DNA of 64,000 nucleotides from Octopus vulgaris (taxonomy: Eukaryota): NCBI GenBank assembly GCA_951406725.2, contig OX597819.1, positions 89,900,001 through 89,964,000 of the forward strand. Reading direction: 5' to 3'. The notes beneath the pieces were generated by a model. That model did no database searches and was not told the origin of the DNA. It saw nothing but the letters and a program-made list of their open reading frames with translations. Positions 48,931-61,695 of this stretch are shown here, one piece after another. How positions within the stretch are numbered: the stretch's first letter is position 1; each line of letters begins with the position of its first letter. A program made the translations under genes and the position numbers.

Positions 48931-51900
48931 CTAGCAACTGCTATTTGGTGCATGAGAGAGTTCTGATGCAGCTGCCCTCATCTGCCCCTCCTGCCGTGAA
49001 GTTGGTTCATCTGGGACACCTGACAGGAAGAGATCCAGCTTCATTTTAAAGACATTTGTATCCACCCCATGCAGGTCTCTCAGGTTCTTCGGGAGGATAT
49101 TGAAGAGCTGTGGGCCTCGGAAGCCCAGGCTATCACAGAATCTTGTCCTACATCTTGATGGCAGGTTTGGAGTCCCAGGCACCACGCAGTGGCGCCCAGT
49201 TCTGGCATTTGCGTAACTCTCGATGCCAAAGTTCAGGACACTTCCCTCCAGGATCTTCCAGATGTATATTATGGCATATCTTTCCCGCCTACGCTCCAGG
49301 GAATATAATTTTAATCTCTTGAGTCTTTCCCAGTAGCTTACATTCTGCATAGAGGCTATCTTCTTTGTGTAGCTTCGTTGGATCGCCTCAAGTTCTGTGA
49401 TCAACTTGACACTGGATGGTGACCATAGCTGAGAGCAATAGTCAAAGTGGCTTAGGACAAGTGTCTTCCAGAGGACCATCATGGTTTCTTGTTCTCTTGT
49501 TCTAAAGGTTCTAAGAATCCATCCAGCCAGCCGTCTACATTTCATTGTCAGTTTAGCAACATGTACATGAAAGGTCGCGTCATCACTCATGTGAATACCA
49601 AGGTCACGCACTGATTGTGCCTCTGGGATTGCAATCCCTCCGGGTCCAGTGTATTCATTGGGTATTGCATTCAGTTTTGCATGCTGATAGTATAAAGCTT
49701 GAAACTTTCCAGCATTGAACTGCATGCTATTCTTTTCAGCCCACTTGTATATTTCGTCCAGCTCACATTGCAGGTGTTTAGTGTCCTCAGGGTTCTGTAT
49801 TGCCTGTGAGACTTTTGTATCATCTGCATAACTTGTGATCGTGGCTCTCTGCGTGGCTGAGGGCATGTCTGAGAGGGCCATTATGAACAGTAGTGGTCCC
49901 AGAACAGTGCCCTGCGGAACACCGCTCACTATTTGTGTGTTAATGGAGGTGGCCCCATTGGCTACTACCACCTGACTTCTATCCTTCAGAAAGTCATGAA
50001 GCCATTCTCCCAGTTTTCCAACTATGTTGAGATCACGCAGTTTGTGACATATCATTCCATGATCGACTTTATCAAAGGCCTTTGCAAAGTCGAGATATAT
50101 CACTTCCACATTTGAGTGGTTGAGCAGCCGTTTCAGCACCCAGTCATAGTGTTGTAGGAGCTGAGTTAAACAGCTTCTCCCTGGTCGGAAACCATGTTGG
50201 GTGTCGGGCAGCAGGTCATTCTCTTCAAGGAAGGTGATCAGCTTCCTTCTGACTATTCGTTCCATGACCTTGCTGATGTGTGAGGTCAGAGAGATAGGTC
50301 TATAGTTCTTGGCTTCCGCTCTGCTACCTCCTTTATGAATGGGGCATATTTTACCTTCCTTCAGTTTTCCTGGAAGTTTGCCAGCTGCAAGGAAGCTCTG
50401 AAAGAGGAACTGCAGTGGTCTTGCTAGGACTCTCTTACATGCTTTTAGGAGGATTGCCGGGAATCCATCGGGGCCAGTAGCTGAGTCTGTTTTCATTTCA
50501 TCTATAGCCTTGGTTACATCGTCTTCCTTTATATCGATGTAATCTATCGTCGCCGCCTCTGATTTTATATCTGCAGTGGTAAAAAAGTCAGTTGGATTGG
50601 TGATTTGGAGATGCCCAAGGGGTGGAGTGAAAACACTCTTGAATTGCTCATTCAGTATTTCACTTACCCTCATTGGTTTTCCTGTAAGTGTGCCATCCTT
50701 TTCAAGGAGTGGCCCTATTCTACAGTGCACTGTAGCTGTTTCTTTGGCATACCTGTAGAAAGCTCTGGGGTTAGATTTTATGTTTTCTATAGCCCAGGCT
50801 TCTTTGTCTGCTCTTTCTTTTTCATGGGAGAGTTGCAGACATTTTTCGATTTCCAACAGTTTTATTTTTAGGCGGGACTTTTCACTGCTTTCAATCTGTT
50901 TGTTTAGGCGATTTGAAAATTTCGTACGCCGTCTCATTAAAATTTTCCTCTCTCTGGGGATTTTGTTCTTGTGTACAGTGGCCTTTCTCTCTGGGACACA
51001 TTTGTAGCATATGGCTTGCATTACAGACATGAATTGTTGAAGTTTCACATCGATGTCTGGCGAGGAGAGACATTCAGGCCAGTTTTGTTTGAGGATCTCT
51101 TTCTCAATTTGTTTCCAGTTTGCCTTATGGTAGTTCAAGCTGGAAAGATTTTGAGGGTTTCTTGTAGGCTGCATGTCCGTGCTCTCTTTTGGCCCGTACA
51201 TGGTCAGCTCTATCATGTTGTGATCCGAGAGTAGTGTCGGTGTCACTTTCACATTATGGATGAGATCCATGTCATTTGTGAAGCAGAGATCCAGTGTGTT
51301 ACCTGCCCTGGTTGGTTGGAGTATTACCTGCTCCATGTACAGGGTGTTGATGAGGTTCAGGAGGGACCTCGCCTGTCCTCGTTCACATCTTGTCATTCCT
51401 GGGAGAGAAAGGCCCTCGGGCCATCTGACATTGGGCAGATTGAAGTCTCCCATAAGAAGCACACCTATGTGTTGTTCTAATGTGGTTAGAATTTCTTCTA
51501 TTTTTATAAGGCAGTCTTCGAACTTGCCCACATGGCTTGGGGCATCTGGAGGGCGATATGTAGCACACACAACTACATCAAGTTGCCTAATATGTACAAT
51601 TAGTGTGTCACACACCGAGTTTGAGTATGACAAGAGGACCTGGGGTGTGAGGTCCTCACGGATGTACATAGCAACACCTCCATGACTCCTTTCTTTCCTG
51701 TCGGTCCGTAGTACAGCATACTGTGGTATGTGTAACTCCGCATCTGCTATGTCCGGTTTCAGGTGCGTTTCTGTATGCTTGCATAAGGCTTGATTGCATG
51801 CAACAAAGTCTCTCAGGAACGGGATCTTTGTCCTGTTACTGAGTGTTTGCAGTCCTCTGATGTTCAGTAGGAGTATCGAGGTGAGGTGTACGGTGTTGCC

Positions 51901-51960
51901 GGCGGTGTCCATCCTGTGTCTGTTTGCTGTGGTGGTCTGGTATATAGTGGGTAGTCCCAC
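48931..51960 (-). CDS. LINE ORF2 copy 2 (APE+RT), 1009 aa
   Basis: Same motifs as copy 1; frameshift in the last few codons. Confidence 0.9.
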   Translation of the reverse strand: MGLPTIYQTTTANRHRMDTAGNTVHLTSILLLNIRGLQTLSNRTKIPFLRDFVACNQALCKHTETHLKPDIADAELHIPQYAVLRTDRKERSHGGVAMYIREDLTPQVLLSYSNSVCDTLIVHIRQLDVVVCATYRPPDAPSHVGKFEDCLIKIEEILTTLEQHIGVLLMGDFNLPNVRWPEGLSLPGMTRCERGQARSLLNLINTLYMEQVILQPTRAGNTLDLCFTNDMDLIHNVKVTPTLLSDHNMIELTMYGPKESTDMQPTRNPQNLSSLNYHKANWKQIEKEILKQNWPECLSSPDIDVKLQQFMSVMQAICYKCVPERKATVHKNKIPRERKILMRRRTKFSNRLNKQIESSEKSRLKIKLLEIEKCLQLSHEKERADKEAWAIENIKSNPRAFYRYAKETATVHCRIGPLLEKDGTLTGKPMRVSEILNEQFKSVFTPPLGHLQITNPTDFFTTADIKSEAATIDYIDIKEDDVTKAIDEMKTDSATGPDGFPAILLKACKRVLARPLQFLFQSFLAAGKLPGKLKEGKICPIHKGGSRAEAKNYRPISLTSHISKVMERIVRRKLITFLEENDLLPDTQHGFRPGRSCLTQLLQHYDWVLKRLLNHSNVEVIYLDFAKAFDKVDHGMICHKLRDLNIVGKLGEWLHDFLKDRSQVVVANGATSINTQIVSGVPQGTVLGPLLFIMALSDMPSATQRATITSYADDTKVSQAIQNPEDTKHLQCELDEIYKWAEKNSMQFNAGKFQALYYQHAKLNAIPNEYTGPGGIAIPEAQSVRDLGIHMSDDATFHVHVAKLTMKCRRLAGWILRTFRTREQETMMVLWKTLVLSHFDYCSQLWSPSSVKLITELEAIQRSYTKKIASMQNVSYWERLKRLKLYSLERRRERYAIIYIWKILEGSVLNFGIESYANARTGRHCVVPGTPNLPSRCRTRFCDSLGFRGPQLFNILPKNLRDLHGVDTNVFKMKLDLFLSGVPDEPTSRQEGQMRAAASELSHAPNSSC

Positions 51961-52089
51961 CTTTGATGAAGCCAGGTCAGCTGCTGTACAATCTTTTTAT
52001 TCCTAATTTCATATTTGCTCGTTATATTTGTAACTTTTCTCTACAGCACTTTGTTGGTTCAATCTATTCTAGTACTGTAAGGATAATTA

Positions 52090-53251
52090 CACAACATTTA
52101 GAACTTTTTCATATATTAAAAGGTATGTAGGAAGTATAATATTAGTTAGAACAAAAAGAAACAATAAAACTCTGCACTGTAGATGCCTTGATAACTCTTT
52201 TCTTAAGATGAGAAGTGCTTTGACGATTGAGATTTTCTGGAGTGTATACCTTCATCTCTTCTGACTAGAAACCATATATAATCTGCCATCATAGCAGTAT
52301 CCCCTCGTCCTTGGTATCTTCTTTCCATAGTTGCAATGTCCTGATGAAATCTCTCACCATGATACTCACTTCAAGGCATTTCCAGTACACAGATATCTTG
52401 CAGTCTTCCCCCAGTAGATTCCATTCCTTCAACCTTGGTGAAAGAAGTTCAGCTCCTGATTTAGTAAGACCCAGATCCCTGATTAAATCATCTAGCTCAC
52501 TCTGATTTGGAAAGTGAGGCTCCGAAATCGTTCTCGATACGAAAGCTTCCTCCATTTCTTGGCTGCTGCTACTTGTTGACTCTTCAGATGAAATATTTTC
52601 TGGTGGTAGTGGTACTTGTAAACTCATCATGTGGGGCAGGTGCTCTAGATGATGGTATGTCTGGATACTGAAGAGCTTGTCTTCCTTTCACTTTTCTGTA
52701 TTTTGTCACATCGATCATACAAAAGTAACAGTCATCATGATGGTTCTTTGGCTCTCTCCATACTCTTGGACTGGCAAAAGACATTAACCTTCCTGTACCT
52801 CTTAACCTTCCTTCTAGAGTAGATTGATAGCTTCCACATATCACATGTGGGACCCATGGTTTGTCCTGGTCACCCATGGGAATTCCGAAATAGAGTCTGT
52901 ATGCTATCCACAATTTGGCACCTTTCACGATCTTATGTAATACCTGCTTTTTCCCAATATAATAACCACACACATAGCAAAATGTATCTGGAGAATTTGT
53001 ACACACTCTAGTAGCCATCCTGAAAATAGCAGAACTTAGTAATTGGTCTGAAAGAGAAAATTAGACATACATTCAGTAGCGGGACATAATAACAATATCG
53101 AATATATAATAACATTGAAAGTTGACATATTTTTTTAACTGTTGATGATACACAAAAAATAATTTCATTTTTGGAATCAGCAGAAAAAATGGTTTAATAA
53201 ACAAAAAAAAATACAATAAACAAATTTTGTTTTGAAAATTGTTACGTTGTG
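52090..53251 (-). mobile_element. Chapaev3-like deleted element, duplicate copy
   Basis: Matches 46608-47769. Confidence 0.65.
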
Positions 53252-53904
53252 TAATCTTTCATAGTTTAACACATTTCAATTATTTACAAGAGTTTATCAT
53301 CTAAATAACAGAATATTAACTGACAAAAAATATAACTATAAACTATAAATACAAACAAATAAATACAAACAAAGAAGAAAGAAACAAATGGAGACACGGT
53401 AGAGTACAAGGGACTGTTTTCTTTAACTCATGTTAGTGATAACTTCACTAGTTCTGGTAGCATGATGAAATACACCCAGTTCATATTGCAAAGTGGTTGG
53501 TAATAAGAAGGGCATCTACCAGTAAAACCATGACAAAAAATGACATGAACATACACTGTGAAAGTTTTGACCAGTTTTCGTTTTTCTGTTGTATGAGGGA
53601 GTGCTGAAAAGTTCCTGGCTTTAAGGGTATTGTGAAAGGCCTGGTTGGAGACCCAACCTTCCAAGTTCTTTTACAGGGCTTAGAAAAACTGGAGGACTGC
53701 TGCAATAAGTGTGTGAATCGGAGAGGGGAATATGTTGAATGAAATTATAATTAACTGGTCTTCCTGTATTTTCTTTTACACAAAGCCAGGAACTTTTCAG
53801 TGTTCCCTTATATGTATGTATATATATATATTTCGTCTTTTGTTTATTTTCATAAAGCTTCCCGTTATATATCATCATCATCATCATCGTTTAACGTCCA
53901 TTCT

Positions 53905-53943
<39 letters not shown>

Positions 53944-53945
<2 letters not shown>

Positions 53946-54113
53946 GTAAAAAGCACCCACTACACTCTTGGAGTGGTTGGCGTTAGGAAGGGCATCCAGC
54001 TGTAGAAACAGTACCAGATCAGACTGGAGCCTGGTGCAGCCTCTTGGCTTCCCAGACCCCGGTCGAACCGTCCAATCCATGCTAGCATGGAAAACGGACA
54101 TTAAACGATGATG
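53944..54113 (+). mobile_element. RTE-type 3' end with (GAT)n tail
   Basis: Family tail. Confidence 0.75.
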
Positions 54114-54190
54114 ATATATATATATAGATAGATAGATAGATATATATATATACATACACACACACACACACACATATACTTATATATATA

Positions 54191-54408
54191 TAAGGGGGTG
54201 CTGAAAAGTTCCTGGCTTTAAAGGTACTGTGAAAGCCTGGTTCAAGACCCAACCTTCTGAGTTCTTTTACAGGGCTTAGAAAGACTGAAGGATCACTGCA
54301 ATAAATGTGTGAATCTGGGAAGGGAAAAATGTTGCATAAAATCATAATTAACTGATCCTCTTGTATTTTCTTTTACCCAAAGCCAGGAACTTTTCAGCAC
54401 CCCTTTGT
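54191..54408. mobile_element. mariner-type MITE
   Basis: TA|AGGGGGTGCTGAAAAGTTCCTGGC...GCCAGGAACTTTTCAGCACCCCTTTG|TA. Confidence 0.8.
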
Positions 54409-55466
54409 AGTATATGTCTAATAATGAAGGACTGACAAGTAGAGAGATTCACCTAACCCATACTGGTGTGATAAAACAGACATAAAACAAAAATGATAGT
54501 GGTGATAGCTGGAAGAGGAAAATGCTCCACATCCAATCTATATCATCGTTGGAAATACATATGACATTGGTCATGGCAGTGATGAAGGCAACTATGACAA
54601 TTTTAGTAAATGAGATATCACAGTAAAAAACAAGAAGAATTCATTTCTATGTTTTCAGTTTTTCTTTTAGTTGTTAAACAATTGAGAAAATCTAACTTAT
54701 AGAGAAAAGTAGCACTTTGAATAATAAAGAATAATGTTTATTTTAAATTTGAAGTACAATAAATACAATATCGACACAATCTTTTTTTGAGTCTATTGCT
54801 ATAATATATATAGCTATTCAATTAACTGACAAGAGACTTGAAGTTCTTGAAAATTATAGCGTTGTTATTACAGAAATGTAATAGCAAAGAATAGGTTCTA
54901 TAGTTGCTACACTACATAATTATAATAATAATAATAACGATGACGATGATGATAATAATGATAAAAATAATAATAAGGATGATGATAATAATAATAATAA
55001 TAATAATGCCAACAAGAGTTTGAAAGGCTCCAATCATAAAACGACTAAGATTCCTATGCCTTTTGAGGAGGTCACTTGAGATGAATTGACAATTAAATTG
55101 ATGTAAAGAAAATATTCATTCTGCATGCATTAAAAGTTCTATTTCTAGCTCTCCAAGCTGAAGTAAAAGCCAATGATTTACTGCTTTATGTTTCGTATTG
55201 AGTTGAGAAATAAGTGCAGTTAGTATTTAACATGTTATATATTTTATATTCTATTTCCAAAATGTAATGTATTTGAAATGTAAGACAAAGAACAGCCTCA
55301 TTGTCGGCATTTATTTTGAGATAAATGACTAAAGGGTTAGATTATTGACTTTCTAAGGTTGTTTCAGTAAACAAAAACCTCATCTGTGAATTAGATATTG
55401 GATCGCTTTTCTCCTTTTTCAAATCAAACACAAATATTCATTTCAACATGTGTGTGTGTGTGTGTA

Positions 55467-55835
55467 GGCATGGTTGTGTGGTTAAGAAGCTCGCTATGCA
55501 ACCATGCTGTTTTGGGTTCAGTCCCACTGCACAGTATCTTAGTTAAGTTTCTTTGGTTACAACCCTGGGCCAACCAATGCCTCATGACTGAATTTAGTTG
55601 ATGGAAACTGTGTAGAAGTTCATCATATGTGTGTGTCTTTGTGTCTGCGTATATCCTCCCCAATCATTTGACAGTTGGTGTTGGTTTGTTTACATCCCTG
55701 TAACTTGGCAATTCAGCTAAAAAAACAAGTACCAAACATAAAAATAAGTACTAGGTTCAATTCATTCAGTTAAAATCCTTCAAGAAAGTGCCCCGGCATG
55801 GCTACAGTCCAATGACTGAAACAAGTAAAAGACTA
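55467..55835 (+). mobile_element. Diverged CORE-like SINE
   Basis: Head and GTGCCCCGGCATGGCTACAGTCCAATGACTGAAAC tail. Confidence 0.7.
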
Positions 55836-56249
55836 AAGTCATATATATATGTGTGGGTTCAAATCCCATGTGTACTAACTCCCACTTTTTCCATCAAGGG
55901 CTTATATGCCCTAATATTAAACTACTTTCTTTAGCCAATACACGGTGATCACTTATAAGCTTTTATTATTATTATTATTTTTTTTATTATTATTATTATT
56001 TATTTTATTATTATCATTATTATTATTTTATTATTATTATTATTATTATTATTAACAGAATTGTCATTTGTCAATGTTTCTCCATTTAATGCAGAAAACA
56101 CACATGCTTGTTTGTTTAAAAAAAACACTGAGATTATAGCTCTTAAACCTAACAGGAAGTAGTGAGTGGGTATGTTGGTGTAATTGGTCAGAACACATAT
56201 CACACACCTATTTCTGTCCTCTTTCTTGTTAACCCTCTCTTTCTTTCTT

Positions 56250-56297
<48 letters not shown>

Positions 56298-56449
56298 GCT
56301 GAGTAACCATGTACCTTCTCTATAGCAAGACGCCTGTTTCTGCATCTCTGTCTCTCTGTCACACTCTAACCTTTCCTCATCTGACACAAGATCCCCTCTT
56401 CTAATGCCCTTCCCCTCTCAAAATTCCTTGTCTTGCAAGTTACTTGGTG

Positions 56450-56718
56450 ACCCTGCCAGTGCTGGTGCCATGTAAAAAGTACCCAGTCCACACTGTAAAG
56501 TGGTTGACATTTGTAAAAACCATGCCAAAACTGACCTCCCTGTGCTGGTGCCACCAAAAAAGCATTCAGCCCACTCTACAAGGTGGTTGCTGTTAGGAAG
56601 GGCATCTAGTCATAAAAAAAAAAGCCATACCCAAACAGACACTGAAGCTCTTGTCAAACCATCCAATCCATGCTAGTATAGAAGATGGACATTAAACAAT
56701 GATGATGATGATGATGAT
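56450..56718 (+). mobile_element. Diverged RTE-type 3' end
   Basis: GTGCTGGTGCCA..AAAA units, GTTAGGAAGGGCATC, (GAT)n. Confidence 0.65.
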
Positions 56719-57389
56719 GTATATAAATTGATGTAGACATCTTTGATGAGAACCCAATAAAGTTCAAAAATCGATTAAGGTTGTTCATTTTTAACAATCT
56801 ACTGTGAAATTGGTAAATCTGCCCTGTTTATATATTTACTAGTTGTTTTAATGGCGGAACAAACAGGGGAATTCCATTAGAAAAGTTATAATCTATTTTC
56901 TCGGTAAGTATGGGAGCTAGAAAAAAAATACAAACTGCATTCCAATCTATGCACCCATCTCCACATGTGTGCCATTTTTCACATGTATCCACCCAGCCGT
57001 TTGGCTGTGAACCTCAAGACAAGAAAGAATACAACAATCGCCCATGTCCAATTTATATCATAGATTAGATAGGCTTTTTATATATACATATATGTGTGTG
57101 TGTCTGTATATAAATATATAACACACACACACACATATTATATTGTGTATGTAAATTTTGCTTATATGAGAAGAGACATTCAGTATATATATATATATAT
57201 ACCGGAGGAAAGCTGTAAGTGCGTGTGTTTATTTTGTTGTTAACATTTGTTGTTGCCATTTAACCTTTTCCATTTCTGTATTACGACCATTTAAAGAAAA
57301 AGTTCTGTAATTAAGAATCTCATCATTTATTTACTGCTATTCTAAAATTTATATTCAAGGGAATTGTATTTACCCAAAATATATTGAAA

Positions 57390-58680
57390 AGGTTAACTTG
57401 ATGACTAACCTCAACAAGGTTCAACACAACCACTATGAAACACTAAACTAAGATACATTGTGCCAAATTCTTCCTGTATCTTTAGTATTCCTAAGAATTA
57501 GCATCATATAACTATCAGCACTACTTATATGTGATGTGTCGTCTGAATGCCATTAATCCTTTAGTGTTCAGACCAGCCATGTACTACCAAAATATTCTGC
57601 TTATTTTATGTTCAAACTGGCCAGATCCAGCATCTTACACCTTCTACGCAATGCCATTCTAAAAGATATACAATCACATCATTGAAATCTTCAAGTTACA
57701 AGATAATGCATAGTTTATTCGAAACAATGTGAATAAATAAATATTACATTTGACAGAGTAAGCTGAATGTTAATGAGTTAACTTGACTGACCTTCATCAA
57801 GGTTTGAACACATCACTATAAAATGCCAAACTAAGATACCATTATGCCAAATTCTTTCTTTATCTTTCTTGTTCCAAAGAATTGGCATCATAACTATCAA
57901 CACTGCTTAGATATCATGTGACATTAATCCTTTAGTATTTAAACTAGCCAGATCCTGCCAAAATATTCTGCTTGTTTTATATTCAAAATGACCAGATCCA
58001 GCCTCTCATGACAACTCTACAATGTCATTCTAAAAAATATACAATCACATCATTGAAATCTTCAAAACTACAAGACAATGCATGATTAATTCAAAACAAC
58101 GTGAACAGATAAGCATTACATTTAACAGAGTAATTTGAATGCTAAAGGGTTAACTTGACTGACCTTCATCAAGGTTTGAACACACCACTATGAAGTGCCA
58201 AACTAAGATACCATTATGCCAAATTCTTTCTGTATCTTTCTTGTTCCAAAGAACTGGCAAAATAACTATCAACACTGCTTAGATACCATGTGGCATTATC
58301 AGAGTTTCATTAATCATTTAGCGATTTAGACCAGCCATATCCTGCTAAAATATTCTACCTGCTTTGTGTACAAACTGGCCAGATCCAGCCTCTTACACCT
58401 ATCCTACAATGTCATTCTAAAAAAATAAACAAAGCATATCATTGAAATCTTGAAGCTACAAGATGATGCATCATTAATTCAAGAATGAATAAATAAGCAT
58501 TGCATTTGATAGAGTTGTCTGAATGTTAAAAAGTTAACTTGGTTTGAACACACCACTAGGAAATGCCAAACAGAGATACCATTGAGCCAAATTCTTTCTC
58601 TCACTTTCTTTGTTTCCAAGAATTGGCATCATAACTACCAACACTGCTTAGATGTCATGTGACATTATCAGAGTTTTAGT
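57390..58680. repeat. Tandem array of ~375-bp units (piggyBac-like MITE + flank), about 3.4 copies
   Basis: GTTAACTTG..AAGGTTTGAACAC..CACTATGAAA recurs at about 57390, 57776, 58148 and 58532. Confidence 0.8.
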
Positions 58681-58894
58681 CTTTCCAGTCACTTCTACAT
58701 AGGATGTTATTGTTCTAAAAAGATTTTGGCACCAATTCTTTAAATCTTATACTCTTTATATAAAGATAAAACCACGGCTAATGCTTAATTACTCAACATT
58801 TGTTATTTTCTTATCTATTTTCATTAGGAACGTTGGTTATATTTGTGTATATGACCACGTATTTATAAATGGTCTGCTTTGAAATGCATTCAGA

Positions 58895-59560
58895 AATACA
58901 TATACACACATACACTCACATATATATATACACATACACTCACACACATATGCAAATATACATACACACTCACATATATATACACACACTCACACACAGG
59001 CGCACACATACACACACACTCGTACACATACATACACACATATATATACACACATACAATCACACAGACACATGCATACATACACACACACTCATATGCA
59101 CTCATACACATACATACATACACACTCACATATACACACACGTATAGTCACACAGGCAAACATACACACTCACATATATCTATATATATATACACACATA
59201 CACACACTTACATACATATATATATAATATATATATAACACATTAACACACACACAGGCACATACATATACATACACACACATATACACACATACACATT
59301 CATGCACAGGCACACATACACATGCACACATATACATACACGCATATATACACACACACACACATACACACTCATGCACACACATATGTACACACACACA
59401 TATATACACACACCCGCATACACACTCATGCACACACATACACACACACACATATATATACACACATGAACAGGCACACATAAACACGTATAAACATATA
59501 TACATGCACATACACATACACACTCATACACACGCACACACAGATACACATACAGAAACA
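58895..59560. repeat. Degenerate (CA)n/(CATA)n tract
   Basis: Seen directly. Confidence 0.95.
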
Positions 59561-60457
59561 CTTAGGTGCACGCATACAAATGTACATTTTCAAATCTTAT
59601 TTCATATCTGCTTTTGGCTTTAACAACCAAAACAACTAAAGCGGTATCTTCCTGGCTTTTAGTGGTGCTTAAGCCTGCCTGAGCAGACATTTTAAAAGCC
59701 CAGGTATCGGAGGAGGTGACAATTCTAAGGAAATATTATCTGCAGACAAAACAGAGGTGAAACATGAAGTAATTAGACTCTCAGACCATGTACATAATAT
59801 ACGCAAATATATAAAATGGTTTTAACTATTAATTCTTTTGTTTATGTTAATTAAACAAAATGTAAAGTAATTAGTTCCACAATGCATGTATGTGTTTGTG
59901 CATATATATGTATATATATATATGTATATATATGTATGTATATATAGATATATATATATATATATGCATATGTATATATATATGTATGTATGTATAAGTA
60001 TGAGTATACATATATATATACACATACATACATACATATATATGTGTGTATGTTCATATGTATGTATGTATATATACATGCATGTATGGGAATAATACAA
60101 CTTAATGATCAACTCTTTTATGTTTCATTTAGCAATCATAAATAATAAAATAAACATAATACTTAATGATTTTTTTTTATTTATTTACTTAAAATAATTA
60201 ATTAATTAGTTTTAGTTAATTATGCATTTATTTATTGTTAACAACATCCAATTATTCTGTGCTGGCTTGATAGATACAATAGTTTAGACAAATTTGAACA
60301 TTTCTATAACAGTTAGACAGAGTATGGTGTTGAAATATTTTGAGCTTTCATAATTACTTTGACACTTTATAAGATAAGAGTAGAGGTATTTACATGTCTG
60401 GTGAGTGAAATCGGTAACTACATTAGATATTGAATACGGTTGTAAAGCAACAGACAG

Positions 60458-61078
60458 TACAAGGTGGTGCTGAAAAGTTTTTGGTTTTAAGGGTATAGCG
60501 AAAGGTCCGGCTGGAAGCCTAACTTTTCAAGTTCTTTTACAGGGTTCAGAAAAACTGAAGGACCACTGCAGTAAGTGTATGAATTTGAGAGGGAAATACA
60601 TTTAATAAAATCATAATTAACTGATCCGCTGGTATTTTCTTTTACACATAGTCAGGAACTTTTCAGCACCTGGTTTTAAGGGCATAGCGAAAGGCCCGGC
60701 TGGAAGCCCAACCTTCCATGTTCTTTTACAGGGTTCAGAAAAACTGAAGGACCATTGCAGTAAGTGTGTGAATCTGAGAGGGGAATACGTTTAATAAAAT
60801 CATAATCAACTGATCCTCCAGTATTTTCTTTTACCCAGAGCCAGGAACTTTTCAGCACCTAGCTTTAAGGGTATTGTAAAAGGCCTGGTTGGAAGACTTC
60901 CAAGTTCTTTTACAGGGCTTAGAAAGACTGAAGGCTTACTGCAGTAAGTGTGTGAATTTGAGGGGGAAATACGTTGGATAAAATCATAATTAACTGATCC
61001 TCCAGTATTTTCTTTTACCCAAAGCTGGGAACTTTTCAGCACCTGGCTTTAAGGATATTGCGAAAGGCCTAGTTGGGA
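60458..61078. repeat. Head-to-tail array of mariner-type MITE (~3.2 units of ~188 bp)
   Basis: Junction TTTTCAGCACC|TRGYTTTAAGG repeated at about 60670, 60859 and 61043. Confidence 0.85.
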
Positions 61079-61355
61079 ATTAGCATTTTAGAGGGTGCAA
61101 CAAAGAGGTATCTTTGTCTTCTATTAGCTTTTACTTGTTTCAGTCACAAGACTGTGGCACCACTTAGGAGGGTTTTGTTGATCAAATTGACCCCATTACT
61201 TATTTTTTAAGTCTGACACTTATCCCTTCATTCTATCTGACTCTTTTACCAAATTGCTATATTACAGGGGTGTAAACAAACTAACATTGGTTGTCATGCA
61301 GTGGGGGAAACAAGCATAAACACAAAGATGCACACACACAGGCATACATACATAC

Positions 61356-61488
61356 ATACAAGGTCTGATCAATAGGTATCCGGACTGTTGCCATAGTAAC
61401 AAAGCTGAAGCATACAGAGTGAGGCCACTTGGCACAGATTGATCTTAAACGTTGCTGTGCGTGTGCACTTAGCTTTAACATTGTAACA
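61356..61488 (+). mobile_element. mariner-like terminal fragment
   Basis: TACAAGGTCTGATCAATAGGTATCCGGACT resembles a mariner TIR. Confidence 0.5.
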
Positions 61489-61492
61489 TATA

Positions 61493-61695
61493 TCATCATC
61501 ATTTAACGTCCACTTTCCATGCTGGCATGGGTTGGATGGTTTGAATGAGGACTGGTGAGCCAGAGGCTGCACCAGGCTCAATCTGATCTGGCAAAGTTTC
61601 TACAGCTGGATGCCCTTCCTAATGCCAACCACTCTGAGAGTGTAGTGGGTGCTTTTACATGACACCAGCATGAGAGCCACTCAGGTGGTACTGGA
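61493..61695 (-). mobile_element. RTE-type 3' end
   Basis: Reverse-complement family tail. Confidence 0.7.

Larger units (their letters stand above)
48578..53954. repeat. Near-identical duplicate of 43083-48477
   Basis: Both copies abut the gap; they differ by only a few indels and SNPs. Confidence 0.95.

Noticed and set aside
48578-53954. Composite LINE+Chapaev unit transposed or tandemly amplified
   Set aside because: Boundaries coincide with the assembly gap rather than element ends.
56735-56782. Hammerhead TTGATGA-GAAC..GTTC-AAAA-ATCGATT
   Set aside because: Two core substitutions and poor stem I; at most a dead relic, so not called as a feature.
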